64,000 nt of DNA from an uncultured Verrucomicrobiae bacterium (lineage in GTDB: Bacteria > Verrucomicrobiota > Verrucomicrobiia > Chthoniobacterales > JAFAMB01). The notes below the pieces were generated by a model. That model saw only the letters and a program-made list of their open reading frames with translations, made no database searches and was not told the DNA's origin. Position 1 is the stretch's first letter; every line of letters begins with the position of its first letter. The DNA is taken from positions 1 to 64,000 of the forward strand of contig CAWEXO010000003.1 of NCBI GenBank assembly GCA_963813025.1, given 5' to 3'. This document shows, piece by piece, positions 9,846 through 19,707 of this stretch. The position numbers and the translations under genes are program-made.

Positions 9846-9873
9846 CCTCGCCGTCGCTAAAGCTACGGCGGAC
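9846..9873 (-). repeat. REP-like palindromic repeat, copy 1
   Basis: Reverse complement gtccgccgtagctttagcgacggcgagg is a hairpin and matches 57722-57749 at 22/28 positions. Confidence 0.55.
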
Positions 9874-10462
9874 ACGTCAGATTTATTCTCGCTCTACCGG
9901 ACGGATGAGAAAATCTTGTCTAAAACAGACTTCATTCCTGCGGTGTCAGCCCTCCCAGGATTGCATCCAGTCCGGCTGGTTGGTCGCAACTGTACTACGA
10001 ATGACTATTATGATTTGTGCTACGGGAGGGAATCCCACCTTGGACCAGAGAATTGCAATCCGTCTAACTAAGTCGGATGGGTAATTGCCGGCTCTGCTAG
10101 TCCGGCGTTAGTTGCAGTCGTAAAATTTATGAAAACGTGGTCTGTCAATTCTTCATTACCTCTCTGCAAGGCGCTCTGCCAAGGGGACGTTCCTTCATTT
10201 TCTGAAGCCATCCAGCCAACCGCATTAGTTTCCGCGGTGAAAGAAACCAGCGGCGAAGCTGGTTTGCGACGGTTCCCGAGCAGGATCGGATATTTCCTGG
10301 CTCGGTTGGTCGATGATTCTGCTTTTCGGGAAATCTCCTCCGGGCATAAAGTCAGGGTCGCGCATACGGCGAACGGTCTGCTGGTTTATTGATCGTTGAT
10401 TGATTCCAAGAAACCTCCTTCAGCCGGGGGGAGGGCGTCTCGAGATAAAGCCCCTTAGACGG

Positions 10463-10975
10463 TTATTCGCCACCTGAATGCGCTAACATCTGCTTATCAA
10501 TCGCTTCAGCAAGATCCTTAACCTCAGCATGCTTGGGCCCAACACTTTCAACCTTGATGAAAAGGTTGCCTCGCACAAACCTCACTGCAGTCTGCGTAGT
10601 CCCGTAACCAGCAAATGCAATGTGCCCAACATAAATGTTCTTTTCCTCTGCTCGCGGCAGAGACGGAGCCATGGATTTCGATAGTTCCTCCGCAAGTTCC
10701 TCATGGGCTTGTTCAACCGTTTGGTTCTGCAAAACCGTCACGGCAAAACGGATCCCTTCATCGGAAGTACTCTTGTAATATTCGATATAACCACGAAATC
10801 CCGGTCGGTCCTCAGGCAGTTCTACTCGCCTTTCGAGCTGGAAATTAGTCTCCGCACTGGGAAGAGGGCCGAAAGCGAACGCTCTCTCTACGAGATGGGG
10901 GGCGGTCGTTTTGCCCCAGTCGTCAAAGCCGTACTCCTTTTTGATCGCGTCGTGTATTGCTTCAAATTCGCTCAT
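10463..10975 (-). CDS. Hypothetical protein, about 170 aa, translationally coupled to the upstream gene
   Basis: ATG at 10975 overlaps upstream TAA (TAATG); protein-like composition, G.IAF...RFVRGNLFIKV. Confidence 0.75.
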   Translation of the reverse strand: MSEFEAIHDAIKKEYGFDDWGKTTAPHLVERAFAFGPLPSAETNFQLERRVELPEDRPGFRGYIEYYKSTSDEGIRFAVTVLQNQTVEQAHEELAEELSKSMAPSLPRAEEKNIYVGHIAFAGYGTTQTAVRFVRGNLFIKVESVGPKHAEVKDLAEAIDKQMLAHSGGE

Positions 10976-12207
10976 TAAATCAGTCCTCTCCGACCACCCC
11001 GCGCGTTTGGCCAAGGTCCGATCGGCACGCAACGCCCAATTCCGGTCTCAGAATTTTGCGCCAATCTTTCCCGATAACCTGCCATATCTACCGGCGTTGG
11101 AATAGGCAAATTCGGAACCTCACCATGATTGGTGAAGATCTCATTGGCTGGCAACATGGGGGTGTGAGTCAAAACCGGATCCGTCCAGTCCCAGGGATTA
11201 CTGCTGTGATCCGCCAGGAGACAAGCATCGAAGATTTGGTCCCCGTGCTTGAATGCACCTGTCCAAGCCACCTCGTGATAGGCAAACCGGTTCGCTGGCG
11301 GGAAAGGATAATTCCATAACGCGCCTTTACCGATCGCAATGATCTTGTTACAGAGGAATCCTCCGGGACTGGCCATCACCGCTGCAGCCAACTGACAGCC
11401 GAGGAGATTCGCAAATGATGAAACGATCGTCGCGCAGTCGGTGCAGTTCACAACGTCTCCTTTGCCTTCCGGCTGCCGGTTGATAAATGCCAGAAAGGCC
11501 GTGCATAAAAACCAGGAAATGTTGCCCACCGCCTGGGCGTACTTGCTCGCTCCATGAGAAACGTCATAGGTGAGCCCTAAGTTGCTATTGACGGCCTGCG
11601 TAACGGCTGTAGCGGCATCCAGCGGATTCAGTTTTCCTCCAGCCCATACGCAGGCTTGGTCCAGAGCGTCAACCCAAGGCAACTGGGTCACGGAAGCGGG
11701 CACGGTCGGAGGTTGTAGCCAGGGCAAGCAGGGACTGTCCAATACGACGTAGACCCGATGCGAGGAACTGCCCATTGAGACCCACGTCTCGTCGCTCGAT
11801 TTATAAAACCAATCCCATTGAATGTCCTGCTTTAGAATTCCCCACGGCCCGATTTGATGATGTGCCAGGCTTAGCGTGACGAATTCAGGAACCGAAGTTC
11901 CACCGCTGATGTTGATCGTCGTTGGATCGATTGCGCCTAACACCCCGCCCCCCTCAGCGCGCACATCGATCGTGGCCGGCGCTCCCGGATCGGCAGCGAA
12001 GCTGGCTTGAATGGTGATGATTTTGCCTGTTACGGCGGCTATCGAGTACGCGACCGGCGAGCTTTTGGGGAGCGTCTTGCCCTTGACCCATTCAGGAACA
12101 GCAACACCGGTAGCGAAATTCTGGCGAATGGACAACGCATTCACCAGCCCGGTGCTCTGACCGCAATTAAATTTGATCCCGGTAAGTTCCATTCCCTCAT
12201 GCCGCAC
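10975..12207 (-). CDS. Hypothetical protein, about 405-410 aa, with a putative transglutaminase/papain-like Cys-His-Asp triad
   Basis: VNCTDCATIVSSFANLLGC, FAYHEVAW, IFDACL in triad order; start is GTG 12207 or ATG 12192; no signal peptide. Confidence 0.7.
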   Translation of the reverse strand: MRHEGMELTGIKFNCGQSTGLVNALSIRQNFATGVAVPEWVKGKTLPKSSPVAYSIAAVTGKIITIQASFAADPGAPATIDVRAEGGGVLGAIDPTTINISGGTSVPEFVTLSLAHHQIGPWGILKQDIQWDWFYKSSDETWVSMGSSSHRVYVVLDSPCLPWLQPPTVPASVTQLPWVDALDQACVWAGGKLNPLDAATAVTQAVNSNLGLTYDVSHGASKYAQAVGNISWFLCTAFLAFINRQPEGKGDVVNCTDCATIVSSFANLLGCQLAAAVMASPGGFLCNKIIAIGKGALWNYPFPPANRFAYHEVAWTGAFKHGDQIFDACLLADHSSNPWDWTDPVLTHTPMLPANEIFTNHGEVPNLPIPTPVDMAGYRERLAQNSETGIGRCVPIGPWPNARGGRRGLI

Positions 12208-12400
12208 GGAGGGTTGCCTTCGTCCGCCTACAAGCGATGGCGAAGGTCACGCGTCGATCCGAACTGCAAAAATTTGTGGACCTGAAGAGTGTTGCAACCA
12301 GGTCTTGGGTATCTCAAAAAAGTGCTGGCCCCGCAAGCAGCGATCTCACGTTTGCCTTTGTTTTTTTCAAAAAAATCTGTCTCTGGACCCAAACGGCCCG

Positions 12401-12598
12401 TCAAGCTAGCTCTGGTTGGACAGGCCCTTGGAATTGATGCATAAGCAATCCCAATCCACTCAACACCGCACATGCCGCGAACAGGGACGGATATCCGAAG
12501 CTCTGCGCCCATCCGCCGGCAGCAAGGCCCGCAAATAGAAATCCCGCATTGGTGCTGTTTGAAAACAAGGTCGCTGCCCAACCAACTCGATCTGGCAT
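12401..12598 (-). pseudogene. MFS sugar-efflux transporter C-terminal fragment
   Basis: MPDRVGWAATLFSNSTNAG..FAGL.AG resembles the last helices of SetA-type MFS proteins; no upstream part. Confidence 0.5.
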
Positions 12599-12693
12599 GA
12601 GCGCCTGAATGTGAACTCTAATATTGAACGCTCGAATAGCGGGATCGAAATTGATTAGCTCGGATCATAAGTTCATCTGAGACTTCCATTTTC

Positions 12694-13680
12694 ATGGACG
12701 CACGCACGACCCACATGCAGCGGCCGGTCCGGGATTACGCTACGCAGGAATTTGTGCAACTGCGCGAAACCATGCGAGTGGATGAGGCCCTGGAACTGAT
12801 CCGTCGCCGCCGATCGACAACCCAAACGCTCATCTACTTTTATGTGGTCGATGCTGCTTCCCGCCTCACGGGTGTACTGCAAACACGTGCACTGGTCGCT
12901 GCACAGCCCGATGAACGGCTCTCCGACATCATGATCCAGCGCGTTGTTGCTATTCCAGAAACCGCCACAGTCCTCGACGCATGCGAGTTTTTCGTGCTGC
13001 ACAAGTTCCTTGCATTCCCAATCATTGATCGCGAGCGACACATTGCAGGCGTGGTGGACATCAGTTTGTTCAATGAGGAGGTCTTTGGCATTCCGAAAAC
13101 GGAGAGCGGCGACGAGCTGTTCCAGGCAATCGGGTTCCACATTTCACAGGCGCGCCTCGCTTCGCCGCTGCAAATCTTCCGTTTCCGTTTTCCCTGGTTA
13201 CTTGTCACAATCATTGCCGGCACAATCTGCGCCTTTCTTGCCCGGGCTCACGAAAAGACACTGCAGCAAACATTAGTGGTTGCATTTTTTCTCACACTGG
13301 TGCTTGCGCTCGGGGAAAGCGTTGCCGTCCAATCGCTGGCCCTTGTCTTGGAAGCCTTTCGGTTAAGAAAAGTTACTCTGGGCTGGTTCCTCACCACTTG
13401 CCGACGTGAGGCGCTCACCGCGCTACCGTTAGCTGTGGCCGCCGGATTGGTCGTGTTTATGGTTGTCTTGATGTTGGACCACGCACTCTGGCCGGCGCTG
13501 ATCATCGGCGGGAGTGTTGCGTTCACCGTCGGCGCTGCCTGCCTGCTCGGCATCAGCATTCCTACCTTGTTGCACGTCGCGAAACTAGATCTCACCATTG
13601 CGGCTGGCCCGATCACGCTGGCGATCACTGATATCATAACCCTGCTTCTTTACCTCAGCGTGACGAGCGCGCTTCTATAG
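12694..13680 (+). CDS. mgtE: Magnesium transporter MgtE-like (CBS pair + membrane domain; lacks the N domain)
   Basis: IYFYVVD..RLTGVL CBS, RFPWLLV, and AGPIT.AITDI (conserved TM5 Asp). Confidence 0.85.
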   Translation: MDARTTHMQRPVRDYATQEFVQLRETMRVDEALELIRRRRSTTQTLIYFYVVDAASRLTGVLQTRALVAAQPDERLSDIMIQRVVAIPETATVLDACEFFVLHKFLAFPIIDRERHIAGVVDISLFNEEVFGIPKTESGDELFQAIGFHISQARLASPLQIFRFRFPWLLVTIIAGTICAFLARAHEKTLQQTLVVAFFLTLVLALGESVAVQSLALVLEAFRLRKVTLGWFLTTCRREALTALPLAVAAGLVVFMVVLMLDHALWPALIIGGSVAFTVGAACLLGISIPTLLHVAKLDLTIAAGPITLAITDIITLLLYLSVTSALL

Positions 13681-13817
13681 TGGACCAATAAATAGCACAA
13701 AGGATAATCGCCAGCAGAATTGATATAAGACGGTCATCCGCTTTACCGGCCGCCAATCCAAACGTTTGGCAAAGTAGCGATAATTACGATTTCGTAAGCA
13801 GCGCCGTAAGTTTCAAG

Positions 13818-14558
13818 TCAGGCGATGAGCGTAACACGACCGGTGTCGAGGCTGTAAATTCCCCCTGCAACCTTCAATTTCCCTCCTTGTACGAAGTTGC
13901 GCAGAATCGGACCTGCTGTTTTCAGCTTTTCTACATTGAGCATGACGTTCTGTTTGATGGCGTTGTCAAGCAGATCGCCGGGCTGATCCTGCGCAGCCTT
14001 CACTGCCGGCCGAATGGCCTCAATGAGAGACGGGATGTGGCCTGGAAATTCTATGTGATCCTTCACCGCCTTGACGGCGGCATCTACAGCTCCACACTGG
14101 TTGTGGCCGAGAACCAGGATTAGGGGTGTGCCAAGCACAGCGACAGCGTATTCCAAGCTGGCGATCGAATTGACGTCGGCGAAATTGCCGGCTACGCGAC
14201 ACACAAAGACGTCTCCGCGACCGATATCGAAAGCGTATTCTGGTCCTACACGCGAATCTGCACATCCCAAAACTCCGGCAAACGGATTCTGTCCGAGAGT
14301 TAGTGCGGGACGTTCGCCAATGAAATCGTGACGTTTCATTTTCCCGTCCACGTAACGATCATTCCCTTCCATCAGGCGCTCAAGGGCTGCATCGGGCGAA
14401 ATCACGTTTTGCGGTTTTGGAGGGGGATTGATCTCCGCCGCGGGAGATCGTCCGAAAAAGCCGAAGCTCAATGCGGCAGAACCTGCGCGCTTAAGAAAAT
14501 TGCGGCGGGGCAGAGCTAGCGTGTGGGTCGCTGAGTGGTCACCACATTGTGTGCACAT
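13818..14558 (-). CDS. Beta-class carbonic anhydrase with Tat signal
   Basis: RRNFLK twin-arginine motif; CADSRV and GHNQCGAV zinc ligands; RVAGN. Confidence 0.93.
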   Translation of the reverse strand: MCTQCGDHSATHTLALPRRNFLKRAGSAALSFGFFGRSPAAEINPPPKPQNVISPDAALERLMEGNDRYVDGKMKRHDFIGERPALTLGQNPFAGVLGCADSRVGPEYAFDIGRGDVFVCRVAGNFADVNSIASLEYAVAVLGTPLILVLGHNQCGAVDAAVKAVKDHIEFPGHIPSLIEAIRPAVKAAQDQPGDLLDNAIKQNVMLNVEKLKTAGPILRNFVQGGKLKVAGGIYSLDTGRVTLIA

Positions 14559-14599
14559 AGATACGAAGATTAAATGCGCTGATGCTCTGGTCTATCAAC

Positions 14600-15010
14600 A
14601 CGAAAATCGAAAGCGGGAGTAATCCAATGACCTCTGCAAGAGCTCAAGTCGCAGATCGATTCGTCGTTGGTCCGATCAAAAAGCTTGGTAATCCTCGGTG
14701 ACCCGTGCCCGGCCATTTGCTGGGCGTGTTCCAGCCGACCGCCATTTTCCAAGTAAACCGTAACGCCCGTGTCGCGCCAGGTATGACAGACGACAGGCGT
14801 CGAAAACCCTGCTTGTTTGGCTCTTTTTCGGATCGCGACCCAAGCGTTACTGCGGTCGAGCGAACGGCCCGTTAAAGCAGTCCCAATTTTTGTAATACTC
14901 TGAAACAATGGTTCGTTATCGTCGAAGCTCACAGCAGAGAGATATTCATCCAGCGCCTCTTCAATCTGGGTGATGTGCTGGTATTCGTGTTCTTTACCGC
15001 CTTCTCTCGC
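14600..15010 (-). pseudogene. Tyrosine recombinase/integrase C-terminal remnant
   Basis: CHTWRDTGVTVYLENGG.LEHAQQMAGH.SPRITKLFDR; catalytic Tyr position reads Phe; degenerate EKGGKEHE-like piece near 15010; boundaries approximate. Confidence 0.75.
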
Positions 15011-15011
15011 T

Positions 15012-16817
15012 TCACCGGCGGAGAATCTGTAACTCCAGAGGACGCAGCTCTACCCGCAGGCTTCGTGCTGGCCCATCTGTTATCGCGCCGCTGACTTCGT
15101 TGATCCTGACGGCGCCCTTTGGCTTGTCGAATACAGGATTGGGTACGACAGCACTGTTTGTATTGCTAAACCGAATCTGGTACGAAGAGCCTGCGGGATT
15201 AAGTTGGCGGTCAACGATTACTTCGCCCGCAAATCCTTGTTCGGTATTTGTGTTTGCGACTATGACGACTTCCTGGTCATTTAGGATCCGCGAAAAAGCG
15301 ATGACGCCGGACGGAAATGACGAGAGGCCAAAGTTAAAGCCATCCCCCGAGATCGGCCGGAAGTAGAGCCGCCCATAACGGAGCGCCGGTTGTCCGTTGC
15401 GGACTCCAAGGATCTTTTGAAGTGCCTGATACAGCGGGTGACTTATGTCAAAGCCGTTAAGCTTGCCCCATAATGCTTCCCGCACCATCGAATCATCCTG
15501 GTGCTGGGCATCCTTATGTCCCGAAAGTCCCTGTTCAGTGCCGTAATAAAAACAAGGGATCCCCTGCAACGAGGATAGCACGCCCATGCCCAAAGTGATT
15601 TGATCCTGCAACTGCGTTGGACCGGTAAAACCAAAGCGCTGCGCCTGATCGTGGTTGTCCAGGAAAGTGACGAAATACTGGCCGGCTTCGCCGTGAGAAG
15701 TAAGAACGTCGGCTTCGATACGTTTGCGATTTTCGAAAACATTCGCCAGCTCGAGAGGGCTCGCGCCGAGTCCCTTCAACACGCCCGGCAGCGTGAAGAA
15801 CAATGGATAGTCCAGCGCTGCGTCCACTCCGACGACATCACCGGTCGCTGCTGTGTTGCGACCGATGAAAAGTGCAATCTCGTTCTCGTTGTCAAACACC
15901 TCGCCAAAGGTAAAGAAATTTTTCTTTCCGACGCTGAGGGCAAATTCCCGCATGGCATTGCCGAAAATCCGCTCAAAATCAGGGGAGATAAATTTAAGTG
16001 TGTCGATCCGAAAGCCGTCCACGTCGAATTTGGCGATGATGTATTGGTAGGCACGTACAAGGGCAACGTGCGCCGGTTGGAAGCCGTTCTCTGCGACGTC
16101 AGAATCAATCCCTTTGAGCGAATTGAAATCTCCCTTTGGGTGGAAGCCGTCGCTCATTGCATTTCCTCGCTGTGTGAACAGCACATCCCGGCGAAGCTCG
16201 TCCGGAAAAACGGCAGCATCCAGAGGCGGATTCGTCGGAGCCTGCGTCCACTGTGGGTGACCCATTCCGTGCTCGTCCCGCCAGCGCACCGCGATTTTCG
16301 GCTGATCCTGCCAAGGCTCCTCGCCTCGCTCCTGGCCTCCGCTGACGTATTCAAAGACATCGCCCGCATGGTGGAGGACAATGTCAAAAATCACATAGAT
16401 CCCCAAACGATGCGCTTCATCGACTAAATTGCGTAATTCGCTCTCTGCCAACCCGGGTCTTGAGGCAAAGCGCGGCTCCACAGCCAGAAAATTTTGGATG
16501 CCATATCCGTGATAGGCGTGGCCATCGAACTGGCAGTTCTTCAGCACGGGCGACAGCCACAGCGCACCTATTCCTAAATCCTTTAAATAGCCAAGCTTCT
16601 CGCGTATCCCGTTGAACGTCCCACCTTGGAACTGGTTGAACTGTGCATCGAATGGCGCGTTCCTTGGCGCAGTGTCCGGATTGTTAAAGCGATCGACCAT
16701 GAGAAAATAGATACACTCGTCTCGCCAATCCTCCGGGGATGGGAACAGATTGCCGCTTGGTGTCTGCCCTTGATCGAGTACCGTCTGAACTTCGTCATCG
16801 AAAATTGATGTTGCCAT
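15012..16817 (-). CDS. Alpha-amylase family glycoside hydrolase (GH13)
   Basis: IYFLMVDRF, YHGYG, DIVLHH, DGFRIDTLK, GEVFD, FLDNHD, YYGTEQG. Confidence 0.92.
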   Translation of the reverse strand: MATSIFDDEVQTVLDQGQTPSGNLFPSPEDWRDECIYFLMVDRFNNPDTAPRNAPFDAQFNQFQGGTFNGIREKLGYLKDLGIGALWLSPVLKNCQFDGHAYHGYGIQNFLAVEPRFASRPGLAESELRNLVDEAHRLGIYVIFDIVLHHAGDVFEYVSGGQERGEEPWQDQPKIAVRWRDEHGMGHPQWTQAPTNPPLDAAVFPDELRRDVLFTQRGNAMSDGFHPKGDFNSLKGIDSDVAENGFQPAHVALVRAYQYIIAKFDVDGFRIDTLKFISPDFERIFGNAMREFALSVGKKNFFTFGEVFDNENEIALFIGRNTAATGDVVGVDAALDYPLFFTLPGVLKGLGASPLELANVFENRKRIEADVLTSHGEAGQYFVTFLDNHDQAQRFGFTGPTQLQDQITLGMGVLSSLQGIPCFYYGTEQGLSGHKDAQHQDDSMVREALWGKLNGFDISHPLYQALQKILGVRNGQPALRYGRLYFRPISGDGFNFGLSSFPSGVIAFSRILNDQEVVIVANTNTEQGFAGEVIVDRQLNPAGSSYQIRFSNTNSAVVPNPVFDKPKGAVRINEVSGAITDGPARSLRVELRPLELQILRR

Positions 16818-17076
16818 AACTGCTTTCTCCCTGTTCGTGAGGTTTTAACTGACTTCTCCATCAATTAGAGACGCCATCCTCGTCGAGGCTTATGTCTTCG
16901 GTGTGCCGCGTATGCAGCCCTCCGCTGCTCCCTGGAACTTGCTCGAAACCCTGGAGTGACTACGTCGAGAAGAACGGCGTTCGGGAGAAGGGAATCGGGT
17001 AATAGGTGAGATATATTTACTCGCGCTTTATACCGCTATTACCCGAACGGGTTATCTCGATATAACAGAACATCCA

Positions 17077-17200
17077 TTGCTGGTCGTATACATCCATGGA
17101 TGGCTCAATAACGCCATATCGGGCGACGTCGGCAAATTTAAAGGGTTCCTAAACCGGCTGTCCCAATCCAGACAAGTGAAAATCCATCACTATAATGTGA
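17077..17200 (+). pseudogene. Alpha/beta-hydrolase-like fragment
   Basis: LVVYIHGWLNNA..GDV.KF..FL; short, with no continuation. Confidence 0.35.
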
Positions 17201-17642
17201 GCAACGACTGTTTCCGGGTGATTCCGACGCCTTCGGCTACAACCTGGAGAACAATCCAGTAGGCGGAATTTTCTTCACGAGCGCTCCCGAGGATTGCGAG
17301 ACTGCTGCGGCAGCAGGGGGAAACTATCGCGGCCAGCAGCGGCCGCTCCAAAAACTCAGCCGCAAGCTTGGCAAATTCAACTTGTACACCCAGGCACTAT
17401 CAGATGAGCAAATACAAGCATACAAGCCGATCTTATCGGCGAAGCCTCCCAGTAACGCCGGCGTAACCAGGATGGCCGAGGAGCCGGTCGCCTACCGGCC
17501 GGAGGCGTGCCGCACCAAATATGGCGGCCACCCCTTGGTAGGAAACATGAGCACGCGACAACAAACTGGCCGAATTACTCATTGGCAAGCTGGATCCGCG
17601 GGTGCTCCGCGAAGAAAAGTTGTTCCGTAGGCTGTAAACCGA

Positions 17643-18269
17643 TTAATCCTTTGGCGAAGGAATGTCCAACTTTTCTGCCATCCGCACCAACTCTGCCAAC
17701 GATCCGGCCCGCATTTTTTGCATGACTCCTCTGCGCTGGATTTTGATGGTGAATTCGGTGGTCCCCAGGTTAGCGGCAATTTGCTTATTGAGTAGACCGG
17801 TCACAACGAGACCCAGCACTTCGCGTTCGCGCTGCGTCAATAATTCGTAGCGTGCACGCTGTTTGGCAATCTCAGCTTGGCGCTTTCGATTTGCGCAATC
17901 GCGCTGGAGCGCCTGGTGAATCGCGTCGAGCAAGTCCTGGTCGCGAAAGGGTTTGGTCAGAAACTCAACCGCACCGGCCTTCATCGCTTGCACCGACATC
18001 GGGATGTCGCCATGGCCGGTGACGAACACGATCGGAATCTCAAGCCCGGCTGCAGTCAGTTCGTGCTGGAGATCGAGGCCGCTCAATCCCGGCAGACGCA
18101 CGTCGAGCACCAGGCATGCCGGCGCGTCCGGCCGCTTGAACATTAAAAAGTCCTGCGCTGAGGCAAAGATCTCGGCCCGCATCCCGATTGACCGAAACAG
18201 GCGGCCTAGCGCTTCTCGCATTGAAGCGTCGTCATCGATAGCGAACACGATTCGCTCTTCCAGATTCAC
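17643..18269 (-). CDS. FixJ/TodT-family response regulator (REC + LuxR HTH)
   Basis: [47 protein letters not shown]. Confidence 0.93.
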   Translation of the reverse strand: MNLEERIVFAIDDDASMREALGRLFRSIGMRAEIFASAQDFLMFKRPDAPACLVLDVRLPGLSGLDLQHELTAAGLEIPIVFVTGHGDIPMSVQAMKAGAVEFLTKPFRDQDLLDAIHQALQRDCANRKRQAEIAKQRARYELLTQREREVLGLVVTGLLNKQIAANLGTTEFTIKIQRRGVMQKMRAGSLAELVRMAEKLDIPSPKD

Positions 18270-18272
18270 GGT

Positions 18273-19463
18273 TTAGCTCCCCCGATCAATTGGCAGCGTG
18301 AAGTAGAAGCTACAACCCGGCCCATCGTTAGCAACAGCCCAGAGTCGTCCGCCATGGGCCTCGATGATCGAGCGATTGATGGTCAAACCCATGCCGATGC
18401 CCTCCACCTTCGTCGTATAGAACGGCTCGAAAATTCGGCTCGAATGTTCCGGATCCAGACCCACACCCGAATCCTGGACAAGGACGACTATACTGCCCGA
18501 AAACTGCTCCTCTGTTCGAATATGCAATACCCGCGCCCGATTGCTGACTGCGCGCATGGCTTCCAGGGCGTTCATGATGAGATTTAGCATCACCTGCTGC
18601 AGTAGGATCCGATCAACAACTACCGGAGGAAGATTTCCCGGCATCTCTGTCCATGGGAAAGCCCCGTTTCGCCGAAGTTCACCGTCCAACAAGGCAATGA
18701 CTTCCCTAATAATGTCATTGATGTCCAAGCGCTCCCTCAATCGTTCCCCTCGCCTTAGAAGGCCGCGAATCCGCACAAGCACACTGCTTGCCCGAGTTCC
18801 ATCTCGAATGATGGCCTCAACGCCCTGCCGCGCCTCCTCCAGGTTGGGCGTTTTTGCGGCGAGCCAACGCAAACAAGCATCTCCACTCGTGACAATACTG
18901 CCGAGTGGCTGGTTGAGTTCATGAGCAATCGAAGCAGCAAGCTCGCCCATAGTCGTTATCCTTGCTATGCGCGCAATTTCGACCTGCGCCCGCCGCAAAC
19001 CCTCCTCCGCCTCCTCCCGTTCCGCGATTTCGAATCGCAATTGTTCGTTGGCTCTTTTGAGCTCCGAAGTTCGTTCTCGAACTTTCGCATCCAGCTCATC
19101 GCGCGTTTGGCGGAGCGATTCCTTTGTCCGCGTTTGATCGTCGCTCAGCCAGCTGATGAACAACGCCGTGGTCAAAAAGACGATCACATCCGGTGCTTCC
19201 TCGAGGGTAATGCCCAAAGCATAAAGCGGCGGAATAAAGTAGTAATCCAGAGCGACAATGGACAGCAAAGACGCGCAGATTCCCGGCCCGAGCCCGCCAT
19301 ACCAACTACTGAGCATGACCGAGCAAAAGAAGAGCGTTGTAGTGTGCTTTACGACCGACCCTAACCTTAACGTGATGACCACTGCGATACCTACTGAGAT
19401 AGCAACCACCACGTAACTTGACAATATTCCTGTCAGCGTCCGGACTCGATCAGATTCTGACAT
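18273..19463 (-). CDS. Membrane sensor histidine kinase (DUF4118-like TM input)
   Basis: 4-TM N-terminus (ALDYYFIPPLY); H-box SIAHELNQPL, NLIMNA, DSGVG, FYTTK, GMGL. Confidence 0.9.
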   Translation of the reverse strand: MSESDRVRTLTGILSSYVVVAISVGIAVVITLRLGSVVKHTTTLFFCSVMLSSWYGGLGPGICASLLSIVALDYYFIPPLYALGITLEEAPDVIVFLTTALFISWLSDDQTRTKESLRQTRDELDAKVRERTSELKRANEQLRFEIAEREEAEEGLRRAQVEIARIARITTMGELAASIAHELNQPLGSIVTSGDACLRWLAAKTPNLEEARQGVEAIIRDGTRASSVLVRIRGLLRRGERLRERLDINDIIREVIALLDGELRRNGAFPWTEMPGNLPPVVVDRILLQQVMLNLIMNALEAMRAVSNRARVLHIRTEEQFSGSIVVLVQDSGVGLDPEHSSRIFEPFYTTKVEGIGMGLTINRSIIEAHGGRLWAVANDGPGCSFYFTLPIDRGS

Positions 19464-19707
19464 AGCAACGCTCTAATCTCGATTTCGCGTTTTCAACAGC
19501 GATGTTTTTGGTCGAAGGAGGATACCGCTTTCCTAGATGATGCATGGGCAAACCAACACGTGCACTTCAGAAGTTCCGGCCGGAGAGTAAAGGTGTCTTC
19601 AATGGGCCAACCCCAACACTTATCGCATCTGAATTCTGCCATGTGAATTCACACGCTACGAATACCACCTTCCAGACGAGACGGAAGCAAGCCTTCGCGC
19701 GCAACCG

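Noticed and set aside
9960..10000. CGCAACTGT resembling a cobalamin riboswitch element
   Set aside because: The other conserved parts (GGGAA, B12 box context) are absent and no B12-related gene follows
12270..12400. Possible IS end or MITE (GAGTGTTGCAA, T/A-run hairpin); similar hint at 17200-17405
   Set aside because: No partner inverted repeat, target duplication or convincing transposase could be identified
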